From a virus (Duplodnaviria; Caudoviricetes), in IMG/VR virus record IMGVR_UViG_3300025676_000004, positions 1 through 64,000 of that record: DNA of 64,000 bases. One strand, written 5' to 3'. A program made the position numbers and the translations under genes. This document shows positions 35,693-46,098 of this stretch, in pieces; the first letter of the stretch is position 1, and the number at the start of each line of letters is the position of its first letter. Under the pieces are notes generated by a model. It saw only the letters and a program-made list of their open reading frames with translations. It was not told the DNA's origin and made no database searches.

Positions 35693-37708
35693 ATGGTAGC
35701 AACTGGCGACAATTCAGTTTTCAAACACGGACTAAGGAGAAGCATTGTAGAATCCTTTGTTGAGGGTTTTGATTTTAAATCCAATGATAGGTATTTTCTG
35801 TTTGTAGGAAAAGTTGACGGATGGACAGGTGGTGATGTTATACCATCACTTACTGATAGTCGTTCCGAAGATGTTGATATTTGGCGAAATATTGTTGGTA
35901 TAAAACAAATAGACAGAAACAGTATTTTCTATATGATTCCAAAATATGAATGGACTAACGGCATTAAGTATACAATGTATGACGATACCGTGGATTTGAC
36001 TGATAAGAAATTTTATGTTTTAAATTCTGAATATAATGTATACAAGTGCATACATAACAACAATCAATTGTCTTCTGTCGAACCCTCTGGTATAAAAGTT
36101 GATGGTAATATAACAACATCAGATGGTTATGTGTGGAAATATATGTACACAATTCCAGAACCACATCGATATCACATTGATGATAATCTAATTCCAGTAA
36201 ATATCGTTTCTTCAAATGGTTCATCAACAGAAACTAATAATCAATGGAAAGTACAAAACAATTCTATAAATGGAGCAATAGAATATATTTATATTGACCA
36301 ATCCACAGTTGGTGTAAACTGGGATAGTGCTTTGGTGATTCCACACAACCCAACAGTAAACTTAACATCAGATAATTCGTTGTCTGGTGCAACAGGAATT
36401 TCATTAAATTCTACACATCTTCAATCAGATGATGATTATAATGGATTGGTTATAACTGTAACAAGTGGAAATGGTTCTGGTCAAAGAAGAATAATTACCG
36501 ATTATGTTGGTGGTTCTGACAATATGGTAAAATTTGACACACCCCTAACAAAAGAAGTACCTATAAATAGTAATTATGAAATTGCCCCAAGGATAACAAT
36601 TTATGGTGACGGTGTTTCAGCAGATGCATATATTGATTTGTATGATTATGATGCTGATTATGCTACACGAAAACAAATTGAAAGAATTGCGATTGCAAAT
36701 AAAGGTAAAAATTATACCTACGCAACTGTAGAATTTACTCCAATTACCGTTTCTGCAAGCATGGATAACGGTGTAACCGCAGATGCTCGACCAATTATAT
36801 CACCTCAAGGTGGTCATGGTTCAAATGCTGTTAGAGAATTAGATTGCACTTCGCTGTTAGTGACTGTTAATATTGACCAGAATGAAAACAACGACTTCCT
36901 TCCAGAAAATGAAATTCGACAATATGGAATTTTAAAGAATCCAATTTTAAATGATACAGATTCTCAGTATCTGGACATAAACGGAAATCCACATAGAGTT
37001 GCAGGGTTAGAAGCATCATTAAAAACGACATTAGAAATTTCCCCAATAAACTCAGAAGCATTTTTACCAGAAACATTATTTACAATTGGAAAGTATATCA
37101 TTGGTAAAGAATCAAAAGCAAATGCCAAGATTGAAAATTGGAGTCCTTCATTAAATAATAATCGTGGCATTCTTACTATAAGTAAATTGAATGGAAATTT
37201 CATTACACCAGTTGATTCATCTGCAACAGGTGAAGGAATTGTTGAATTTGAGCAATCAGGAGATAGTTGGGATTTCAGTACAGTCCAAGTGGCCTCCGTG
37301 TCGGGATTTGATAACATTTATGCCAATACTGTTCCCACATATAATTGTACTTGGACTCTTGGTATTTCGGGGGATTCCCTCACTACTAGTTCATTTCCAA
37401 TTGATATCGGAGTTACTGGGGGGAGTGCTACCACAGGACCGCAAGAACCAACTGGATTGTGTTTGAATTGGGTGGTAGATGACACTGGAACAGGCGGAAC
37501 ATTGACACTAACCGAAGCAATTGGTATATTTAATACTGGTGATTCTATTGGAAGTTCTTCGTATTCTTCCACAACTTCTGTTATAAATAATATAACACAA
37601 CCAGAAATCAAACAAAATACTGGCGAAATAATATATGCTCAGAATATGAAACCAGTTGAAAGAGAACAAGAACAACGAGAACAATATCAGATTATTCTGA
37701 AATTCTAG
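35693..37708 (+). CDS. gp8: Baseplate wedge subunit gp8
   Basis: FYVLNSEYNVYKC, DGYVWKYMYTI, ISPQGGHGSNAVREL, RQYGILKNP, GEIIY. Confidence 0.85.
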   Translation: MVATGDNSVFKHGLRRSIVESFVEGFDFKSNDRYFLFVGKVDGWTGGDVIPSLTDSRSEDVDIWRNIVGIKQIDRNSIFYMIPKYEWTNGIKYTMYDDTVDLTDKKFYVLNSEYNVYKCIHNNNQLSSVEPSGIKVDGNITTSDGYVWKYMYTIPEPHRYHIDDNLIPVNIVSSNGSSTETNNQWKVQNNSINGAIEYIYIDQSTVGVNWDSALVIPHNPTVNLTSDNSLSGATGISLNSTHLQSDDDYNGLVITVTSGNGSGQRRIITDYVGGSDNMVKFDTPLTKEVPINSNYEIAPRITIYGDGVSADAYIDLYDYDADYATRKQIERIAIANKGKNYTYATVEFTPITVSASMDNGVTADARPIISPQGGHGSNAVRELDCTSLLVTVNIDQNENNDFLPENEIRQYGILKNPILNDTDSQYLDINGNPHRVAGLEASLKTTLEISPINSEAFLPETLFTIGKYIIGKESKANAKIENWSPSLNNNRGILTISKLNGNFITPVDSSATGEGIVEFEQSGDSWDFSTVQVASVSGFDNIYANTVPTYNCTWTLGISGDSLTTSSFPIDIGVTGGSATTGPQEPTGLCLNWVVDDTGTGGTLTLTEAIGIFNTGDSIGSSSYSSTTSVINNITQPEIKQNTGEIIYAQNMKPVEREQEQREQYQIILKF

Positions 37709-37725
37709 CCTAGAAGGTTTAACGA

Positions 37726-40700
37726 ATGACACTAGAGAAATCAAGATTTAATATCGACCCATACTATGATGACTTTGATGAAACTAAAAAGTTTCTTCAA
37801 ATTTTATTTAAGCCAGGTTATTCTATTCAAGCAAGAGAATTAACGCAACTTCAAAGTATACTTAGTAATCAAATGGGCAGATTTGCAGACCATATGTTTG
37901 AAGAAGGTGATGTCATTCAAGGTGGTGGTATAACTGAACGAAAATTAAAGTTTGTTAGGTTGGAATCAGGAACAACTACAGACATTGACGAGTTGGTTGG
38001 ATATAATTTAAAATATACACATACCGTTTCTGATACATCAGAAGGTTTAGAGGATGATGTTCTTACTGGAACAGAAACAGAAATTATCGGTAAAGTAATA
38101 TTCGCATTAGATTCAACTTCTGGTGACCCCTATAAGATTTTGTTCATCGATATTCTTCAAGGTTCGCAAGATGAAAATTCTGAATTTTCTGCCGGTCAAG
38201 AAAATATAACAACAACAAATCCAAACATAAATCCAACACTTAAAATTAAAGATGCAAATTCGGTGGGTGACTCAACAGGTTCTTCTACGGGCGAAGCAAT
38301 AGTAATTTCCATAGAACAAGGATTGTTTTATGTAAATGGTTATTTTGTAATGAGTACCGCACAGTCCATTGCCGCATTTGAAACTGAATCACTTGTACGC
38401 AAATTTACACCTGAAAACAGAACATTGTCAATTGGATTTAGTGTTAATAGGGAAATTGAAACATCAACTACTGATGTTACTTTGCGTGACCCCTCACAAG
38501 GTTCATATAATTATAATGCGCCTGGTTCTGACAGATATAAAATTGATTTAGTAATATCTCAAATTCCATATATCTTTGACGAGCAAGGATATAGAACAGA
38601 TTTTGATACTGACAACTATTTTGAATTTGCACGAATTATCAAAGGTCAGACATTCAAAACTTTAAAATATCCAGAATATGCACAACTAGAAGAAACTTTA
38701 GCAAGAAGAACTTATGATGAATCTGGTCACTATACAGTTAGACCATTTGGTATTGAAACAATAGATTATAATGAAGTTTGGGACCCTGCGGTAACAGGAA
38801 GAACCGACCATTATAATTATCTTGCAGTAGGATTACAAACAGGTAAAGCATATGTTCGTGGTTATGAGTTTGAATTACAAAATACCGAACATCTTGTTGC
38901 AAAGAAAGCAAGAACAACAATAAAACAAAACGATAGAACCATCGACATTGACTTTGGTAATTATGTTTTGGTTGAGCATAATATAGATGGTACTACTCCA
39001 TTGTTTCAATTAGATGGAGCAATGAACGAAAATAATATGAACCTTGTTGGTGGTGATGCTATCCCAGAATATAAAAAAGTAAATTTATCTATAGTGGGTA
39101 GTATTGGTGAGATGACACCAATTGGTTGTGCTAGAATATTCCAGATTGCACCTCACGCATATGACCAAGGTACTTTGGGTGTTGGTACAACATATAGAGT
39201 ATATCTTAATGATATTGTTTTTGGTTCAGATGCAGGCCTGCCCGCATCGGCAGATTTAATGACAATGCACGATGTTGCTTATATTTCTGACCCAATTTCA
39301 GGTAAGAAACTTTTCAAACTTTACATTAAATCTGGAAATGAAAAGAACGATGGATTGTATAGCAAAGGACAAACATCCCTTCTATTCAGAGTACCTGTTG
39401 GTAATACCGTAAAAGAAGTAACTGGTCTTGATTATTATGCACAACGAGATTTCATGTTTGACTTGACAGAGAGTGGTGGGACATGGTCTGGAACTATTTC
39501 AGCGCCAGCAGGAACTAATTGGCAAGGAAGCGGTGACATTAATGACATAACTAACATTGATGAATATATGGTTGCAGTCGATGGTTATATTTTCAATATG
39601 AATCCCGCATCCACTGGTGATTATGGTGGAAACAATTTAGTAGCAGATTCATCTTCAACTTCATTAACTGTAAATCTAATATCAACTGCAACAAACACTT
39701 GGTCGGGTACAAAGAAAGGTTATCTGTTAGCAAATATTCGCATCAATGCAGATGACGAAATTGTTGGTGGGGAATCTTCAACAATTAGAAAGAAAATATT
39801 AAAACGGCACACCGTAAATATTGCAAACAATAATAATGCAGATGGAACTTCCACAATGTGGAACAGTACCCTTGCAAATGGTTGGGGAATCAATCTTGGA
39901 TACTCTGATATCTTTATGCTTGAAAAGGTAGAAGAAATCGGAACAGGTAATAATATTACAAATGATTTTTCACTGAATAATGGACAAACAAGGCATTTAT
40001 ATGACCACGGTTCTATTGTATTAGACAGCGGCAGTGTCGGTGGTACAGGTGGTGTTGAAAATTCTTGGGCACAACCTGGCGCAGGATTCAAAGTAACATT
40101 CTTATATTTTGACCATCAAACATTCGATGGTGGTTTGGATTCCACCGACTATACAACTTTGAAATATCCTTGTGTTGTAAATTCATACATTCACAATGAA
40201 CACGAAGTCACAGAATTTGATAATGGTGGGGTTACTGCCGAATTTGGTAAAGTTGGTGGAGATATTCCTGCTGAACTCTCCGCATATAATTATATTCCTA
40301 TGTTCTCCGATGACAAAGTTGGTCAAACATTAGAACTAAATGATGCAATTGACTTTCGACCAATTAAGGTTGGGGGATGGGACACAAGCCACGCAGAATC
40401 TGGTAAAATTCGTGGTGTTTGGACACCTCAAGACGGTAAACTATTTTTCTGTGATTATGAAAGTTACTTACCAAGAATTGATAAGTTAGTTCTCACCAAA
40501 GACAGAGAATTTAAAATTCTTGAAGGTGTTCCTTCTCTAACACCATTTCCACCAGAACATAATCCAAATGATATGATGGTTCTATATGAATTAAATTGGA
40601 ATCCATACACATTTAATGCAGATGATGTTTCTGTTGAATATCAAGACAATCAAAGATATACAATGGAAATGATTGGTGAACTTGATAATAGAATTAAAGA

Positions 40701-43209
40701 ATTAGAACGAACCACAACATTATCTGCAAATGAATTAGAAACCAAAATAGAAGCCAAATCACACGGTGATAAATTCATTAATGTTATGGCATCTGAAGGG
40801 TTTACTACTTTGCTTTCATCTTCAGTTGAAAGTGCAGAACATAATGTTTCATTCGATAGGGAAAAAGGATTGATGCACCCCGCACAATCATTTACCAATA
40901 TCAATTTAAATGTACATAAGTCTAAATCACTACCAGATGGTATTACTTCATCTGGTGATAATATTTACACATTAACACCAACATCAACAACTGTATCAAC
41001 AGTAAACAACCTTACAGGTAATATTGTACTATATCCGAATCCCTTCTCAAAAACTAATTGGGTTGGTAATCTTAAACTATCCCCATCATCGGACGATTGG
41101 TTCGATGTTACAAAATCACCAAAAATTATAAGTAACGAAGATTCGTCTAATGACACATACTTACTAGCAGTAAAAAGAAAAACAAAAGGTATGAATAGAT
41201 GGGCGTGGGGCATTCCTTGGATTGCTGGATGGTTACATCATCAACCAAGACACAAATCATATGATGATTTTGGCGGATTTAAAAAGTGGAATAGTATGAA
41301 GAATATAAATAATTCCACAATAACAGGAACTAAAATATACAAGAAACACTTTAACAACTACAAAAAGGCTTGTACAAATTCGGGTGGTGGTATAAATTGT
41401 GCTGTATGGATGACAGCAAATCACAGCAAACTAAAAGATAGAGGATATTTCTCAGGTAGTAAGCAAGGAAATAAAGTAGTTGATAATAGTATTAAGAATA
41501 AAGTACGAGCAAAAGAAGTTACTCTTACTTCAGTAAACATGAAACCCAATACTAGATACTGGGTATTTATTGATGGAAAGAAAATTACAGAAACAGTTTC
41601 CAAATACGGTTACATTAAATCAAGTGATAATAGTATGAGAACTAATTCAAATGGTTCTGCTTCTTGTGTTGTGCAAATTCCAGAAAACAATCCATACTAC
41701 TCAGGTAGCATTTTGTTTAGAATGACAGATTCAAAAACAAATGTTGCATCACTTGCAACAACTACATCCGAATCATTCTTTGTTGTAAGGGGTAATGTAA
41801 AATCATCAGAAGGTATAATTAACTGTACTAGAGAAATCACAGCAAAGCGTGATAGTGCAAATAACGAACGAATTACTCAGGATTCCCTAAGCAACGCAAA
41901 AGGACAAGTATTAAGTGATGTTGCAGATTACTTCGATTCAATGGCACAAATTATTGAAATTGATAGTACACAATATCCAAAGGGCGTATTTGCTACTAGT
42001 GTAGATTTATTCTTCCGAGATTTAGATAGTGGGAATTTGCCCTTTAGTGTAGAACTCCGTCCATTGATAAATGATGCACCACATCCGACAACACCAATTC
42101 CATTGTCGGATGTTACAAAAACATCAGGATTCACATCCAATAAAAATGGTCCAGATACAAGTTCACCAACAAGATTTGAATTTTCTTCTCCTGTATTTTT
42201 AGAAAGTGGAAGATATGCGTTAATGATAAAAACAAATAGTACCAAATATACCTTATGGGGAACAGAATTTGGTAAAAAGGGTTTGACTGCGGATGGTTCT
42301 GCTACAAGTAGTGATGTTGAAAAACAACCATATGTTGGGAGTTTATATCTACCACAAAATAACGGTTCACGATATAAAAATACAAATCAAAATGCAATGT
42401 TTAGATTAAATAGAGCAACATATACAATAAACTCAGAAAATACAATGCACCTTCAAGGAGCAACTGCCGATACAATTAATGCTGACAACGAAGTAGTTTC
42501 AACACCAGATTATCATACAGTAACTCTATCAACAGAGTATATTTCTGACCCAGTTACAAGTTTAAAATATTATATGAAGGACGGAACAAATTCCGTTCAA
42601 GTATTGTCTAATGATATTACTGAACTTTCAAAAAGAAAAACCTTTGATTTAGGAAATCAAACAGCAACAGACGAATCTATTAGTGAAGTTATTATGAGTA
42701 CATCTGATGCAAATATAACTCCTGTAGTTGATATGGATAGATTGAGTATGGTAGTAGCAAAGAATGAAATGTCTTCAGACTTATCAAAGGAATTGCTACC
42801 AGATGCTCCAACATCTTCCACTCCAGTTGCACGATATATTGGTAAAATTATCAATACTGGTAACGAAGCAAATTATGTTAGAGTATCGTTTGAAGCATCT
42901 AAACTATATGGAACAGATATCAAATTATATGCAAAAACTGCAAATGATGATACAGACATTACGACAAATCCATACGAAGAACTTTCGGGTGAATTAAGTA
43001 ATGATTCAATTCCAGCATCATCAAGTAAAGATGAATTTTATTCATATAGATTCTATCTCAAAAAACCAGAAGGATTTGCTAATTTCTTAGTTAAATTGGT
43101 TCTTACTGGCGACCCATCCAAATCAGATGTTCCAAGAGTAAAAAATCTCAAAACATATGCATTATATGACCCAGATATTGATACTACTACTTCACAAGGA
43201 ATCATCTGA
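37726..43209 (+). CDS. Large virion structural protein (DUF4815/VrlC-like)
   Basis: PYYDDFD..K.FLQILFKPGYSIQARELTQLQS, NYNAPGSDR, LARRTYDESGHY, GKAYVRGYE, YLPRIDK. Confidence 0.85.
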   Translation: MTLEKSRFNIDPYYDDFDETKKFLQILFKPGYSIQARELTQLQSILSNQMGRFADHMFEEGDVIQGGGITERKLKFVRLESGTTTDIDELVGYNLKYTHTVSDTSEGLEDDVLTGTETEIIGKVIFALDSTSGDPYKILFIDILQGSQDENSEFSAGQENITTTNPNINPTLKIKDANSVGDSTGSSTGEAIVISIEQGLFYVNGYFVMSTAQSIAAFETESLVRKFTPENRTLSIGFSVNREIETSTTDVTLRDPSQGSYNYNAPGSDRYKIDLVISQIPYIFDEQGYRTDFDTDNYFEFARIIKGQTFKTLKYPEYAQLEETLARRTYDESGHYTVRPFGIETIDYNEVWDPAVTGRTDHYNYLAVGLQTGKAYVRGYEFELQNTEHLVAKKARTTIKQNDRTIDIDFGNYVLVEHNIDGTTPLFQLDGAMNENNMNLVGGDAIPEYKKVNLSIVGSIGEMTPIGCARIFQIAPHAYDQGTLGVGTTYRVYLNDIVFGSDAGLPASADLMTMHDVAYISDPISGKKLFKLYIKSGNEKNDGLYSKGQTSLLFRVPVGNTVKEVTGLDYYAQRDFMFDLTESGGTWSGTISAPAGTNWQGSGDINDITNIDEYMVAVDGYIFNMNPASTGDYGGNNLVADSSSTSLTVNLISTATNTWSGTKKGYLLANIRINADDEIVGGESSTIRKKILKRHTVNIANNNNADGTSTMWNSTLANGWGINLGYSDIFMLEKVEEIGTGNNITNDFSLNNGQTRHLYDHGSIVLDSGSVGGTGGVENSWAQPGAGFKVTFLYFDHQTFDGGLDSTDYTTLKYPCVVNSYIHNEHEVTEFDNGGVTAEFGKVGGDIPAELSAYNYIPMFSDDKVGQTLELNDAIDFRPIKVGGWDTSHAESGKIRGVWTPQDGKLFFCDYESYLPRIDKLVLTKDREFKILEGVPSLTPFPPEHNPNDMMVLYELNWNPYTFNADDVSVEYQDNQRYTMEMIGELDNRIKELERTTTLSANELETKIEAKSHGDKFINVMASEGFTTLLSSSVESAEHNVSFDREKGLMHPAQSFTNINLNVHKSKSLPDGITSSGDNIYTLTPTSTTVSTVNNLTGNIVLYPNPFSKTNWVGNLKLSPSSDDWFDVTKSPKIISNEDSSNDTYLLAVKRKTKGMNRWAWGIPWIAGWLHHQPRHKSYDDFGGFKKWNSMKNINNSTITGTKIYKKHFNNYKKACTNSGGGINCAVWMTANHSKLKDRGYFSGSKQGNKVVDNSIKNKVRAKEVTLTSVNMKPNTRYWVFIDGKKITETVSKYGYIKSSDNSMRTNSNGSASCVVQIPENNPYYSGSILFRMTDSKTNVASLATTTSESFFVVRGNVKSSEGIINCTREITAKRDSANNERITQDSLSNAKGQVLSDVADYFDSMAQIIEIDSTQYPKGVFATSVDLFFRDLDSGNLPFSVELRPLINDAPHPTTPIPLSDVTKTSGFTSNKNGPDTSSPTRFEFSSPVFLESGRYALMIKTNSTKYTLWGTEFGKKGLTADGSATSSDVEKQPYVGSLYLPQNNGSRYKNTNQNAMFRLNRATYTINSENTMHLQGATADTINADNEVVSTPDYHTVTLSTEYISDPVTSLKYYMKDGTNSVQVLSNDITELSKRKTFDLGNQTATDESISEVIMSTSDANITPVVDMDRLSMVVAKNEMSSDLSKELLPDAPTSSTPVARYIGKIINTGNEANYVRVSFEASKLYGTDIKLYAKTANDDTDITTNPYEELSGELSNDSIPASSSKDEFYSYRFYLKKPEGFANFLVKLVLTGDPSKSDVPRVKNLKTYALYDPDIDTTTSQGII

Positions 43210-43403
43210 TGAATAGAATAAAAGTTGAAGGTGAACCATATTTGGTAAGAGACGAATCGTCTAATGCTATCATAAATACAAATAAAAGTGAATATGATAG
43301 GTTTGTTGAGAAGTCTAGGCAGAAAAATAAGATAAATAAACTTGAGGGAGAACTCACCGAGATTAAATCTCTACTCAAGGAATTATTGGAAAAGGGTAAC
43401 TAA
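43209..43403 (+). CDS. Small conserved hypothetical protein
   Basis: IKVEGEPYLVRDESSNAIIN followed by a coiled coil; typical position after the DUF4815-type gene. Confidence 0.75.
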   Translation: MNRIKVEGEPYLVRDESSNAIINTNKSEYDRFVEKSRQKNKINKLEGELTEIKSLLKELLEKGN

Positions 43404-43406
43404 TAA

Positions 43407-46085
43407 ATGTCAAGTAGTCTCCATTATGTAACACCACTTCAACTCTCTGACACATTCAACGAATGGTTCTTGAGAAGTAACGACCTTATTGATGTTGTCA
43501 ATAAGATTAATGTATACAATGTAGAGAACGGTTGGGGATTGGCAAGATATCGAAGTATTGACGGTACAACACTGATTAGACTTAATATCGGTCAAGAAGA
43601 AAAAGAATATGACGGTACAGCAGTTGCATCTGATTATACTTACGGACTTAGATTTATTGCAAATACCAGTGTAACTGGTGGTGCAAACCCCGATGTTTCT
43701 TCAACTCGAAAAATACTAACATTAGATTTTGAAAATTTACCGAGTGCAACAGGCGGTGTTTCAGGTGCATCTGTACATGAAACAGATTACTTTGCATTCT
43801 CCGATACTTCAAGTGGTACTGGTTCAATTCGTGGCGTTCAAGCACAGGATATGTTACCGTATGGAATTAGTGGTGACCATAGATTCTATGGTAATATTTA
43901 CTTCGATGGTGACAACACCGTCATCAACTCCACCGAACTAAACATTGATGATAAATTAATTTATATTGCGACAAACAATACAAATGATACAACTGATGGA
44001 TACTTAAACGACCAAAACCTTCAAGGTGCTGGTCTTGTTATTCGTGGTGCATCTGGTGATAAAGAATTCACTTACGAATATACTGAAGTAGCGGGTGGTG
44101 GGACATACCACGCATTCAAATCAAATATTGATATAATGTTTGGTGCAGATTCTTCTGCACTATGTGAAGATAATAGTTTGAAATTCTTATCATTGGTTGA
44201 TGATGATTTTGATATAAGTTTCCGAACAATAAACGGTGAAGACAAATTCTGGAAAATTAGAAGAACTAAATCTGGTGATACTCAAGGAAGATTAGTATTC
44301 TTCCATGAAAACACAACTACAGGTATTTCTGCTGATGCGATTTCATTATCTAAACTTGGAACAGTTAAAATCCATCAACTTGATGGTGACATTGTAGATG
44401 GTGTAACACACGAGTCAACATTCAAACATCAACCTGCTCCATATTCTGTACCAACATCTGGTATGAGTGGAGATTCATATCTTCATTATAAATGGACAAA
44501 TAGAAAAACAATAGACCAAGTTGCACACGGATTTACCGCAGGTGACTTGCTTAGATATTACCCATCAGGTACAACTTATGATAAAGCATACAATTCATCA
44601 AAAGCAACAGCAGAAGTAGTTGCAATTGTTGAAGATGGTTCGCCTGGTTCGAGTGCAGACCAATTTGTTGGAGTGTTCTCTGGATTGGTTGATTTGAGTT
44701 TATGGACTCCTCAAGGATGGAGTGCAGGACACGGTACAACAATGTCTGTTGGAGAAGTTTACTTCTTAGACGGAACAGGAAATTCTGGTGGGTTTACTTC
44801 AGACGAACCAATTACAGACGGTGAAATTAGAAAACCCATATTAGTTGCAACAGGACAACAAGAAGGACTATTTGTAAATTACCTTGGTAATGTTGTTGCA
44901 ACTGGTGATGCGGCGAGTGCCACTGGTGATATTGTATATTCTGATGGGTATCTATTAGATACATCAATTCTCCCAAATCAAGAATTTAAAAATAAGGTTG
45001 TAAATGGTGACTTCTCTTTCTGGCAACGAGCAGAAGATGGTATTGTTTCTGGTGGAACATCAGGTGCAATAAACTGGGACGGTTCAACTGGTACAAGATT
45101 TACATCAAGTAATGATGCAATCTATACATCTGATATGTGGATGATTGATACTCGGCCAGATGGAACATTAGCAGAATCCCAGAAACACGGTCATACATTT
45201 GCAAGTGGGCCAAGCAACACCTCACCATATACGACAGGTGTTCGTGGTTCTTATATGAAAGTTCTGAATAACACATCAGGTTCAGGTAGCAAATCATACT
45301 TAATCAATAGAATTGAAAATGTTGGTACACTTGCTCCTTCTTCGGGAACATCATATGCAACATTAAGTTATTATGTACAAGGTTCATCTGCGGGTGTTGC
45401 CTCAATGGACGATATGACAGTATCGCTTTGGCAAGTATTCGATGGTAATAGTGGAGATGGTATAGATTATGGTGGCGGTGCATCATCTTGTTGGGGTGTT
45501 AATTTAGGAAGCGGTGTTACCAATGAAGGTGGACACAGTGCAGACATTCCCACATCTTGGACAAAGCAATCTCACACTTTCATTTTAAAAAATACAGATG
45601 GAATAAGTGCAGGATATAATGAGAATTATAATTGGTTAGAAGTTAAATTTGAACTTCCAACACAATGGGGTGTTAGTGGTGGTATTGATTTAGCAAGAGT
45701 TCAACTTGAAGGTGGTTCAGGTGCCACGGATTGGGATAACAGACCAATACAAATTGAAGAGAGTATAGTTAATAGATACTATCAACGACATTTTGTATTG
45801 TTGAATTCATATGCTGATGCGGGTGGTACATTGGGTGCGAGTGTAAACTTTGACGCAACACCATATCCATATTACGGGTATACTCCTGCAACTAATTTAA
45901 ATAACAAGTGTGTTTATGTTCATAATGCAAGGTCTAATAATTGTGCAGTTGGAGCAACGACAGATGTTTCGAGTGCGGCGCCAGGAAATGGTTTCTTCAT
46001 CGAACGAATTAATAATTCTGGAAGTGCAGGAATGGTAGGAATGGGTGGTATTTACCACTTTGATTTTGGAATCTACGATGATTAA
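43407..46085 (+). CDS. Tail fibre/virion protein with a CBM-like C-terminal domain
   Basis: LSDTFNEW N-terminus, TVINSTELNIDDKLI, NKVVNGDFSFWQR...VQLEGGSGAT...RYYQ. Confidence 0.7.
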   Translation: MSSSLHYVTPLQLSDTFNEWFLRSNDLIDVVNKINVYNVENGWGLARYRSIDGTTLIRLNIGQEEKEYDGTAVASDYTYGLRFIANTSVTGGANPDVSSTRKILTLDFENLPSATGGVSGASVHETDYFAFSDTSSGTGSIRGVQAQDMLPYGISGDHRFYGNIYFDGDNTVINSTELNIDDKLIYIATNNTNDTTDGYLNDQNLQGAGLVIRGASGDKEFTYEYTEVAGGGTYHAFKSNIDIMFGADSSALCEDNSLKFLSLVDDDFDISFRTINGEDKFWKIRRTKSGDTQGRLVFFHENTTTGISADAISLSKLGTVKIHQLDGDIVDGVTHESTFKHQPAPYSVPTSGMSGDSYLHYKWTNRKTIDQVAHGFTAGDLLRYYPSGTTYDKAYNSSKATAEVVAIVEDGSPGSSADQFVGVFSGLVDLSLWTPQGWSAGHGTTMSVGEVYFLDGTGNSGGFTSDEPITDGEIRKPILVATGQQEGLFVNYLGNVVATGDAASATGDIVYSDGYLLDTSILPNQEFKNKVVNGDFSFWQRAEDGIVSGGTSGAINWDGSTGTRFTSSNDAIYTSDMWMIDTRPDGTLAESQKHGHTFASGPSNTSPYTTGVRGSYMKVLNNTSGSGSKSYLINRIENVGTLAPSSGTSYATLSYYVQGSSAGVASMDDMTVSLWQVFDGNSGDGIDYGGGASSCWGVNLGSGVTNEGGHSADIPTSWTKQSHTFILKNTDGISAGYNENYNWLEVKFELPTQWGVSGGIDLARVQLEGGSGATDWDNRPIQIEESIVNRYYQRHFVLLNSYADAGGTLGASVNFDATPYPYYGYTPATNLNNKCVYVHNARSNNCAVGATTDVSSAAPGNGFFIERINNSGSAGMVGMGGIYHFDFGIYDD

Positions 46086-46098
46086 GAGAGGACACTAA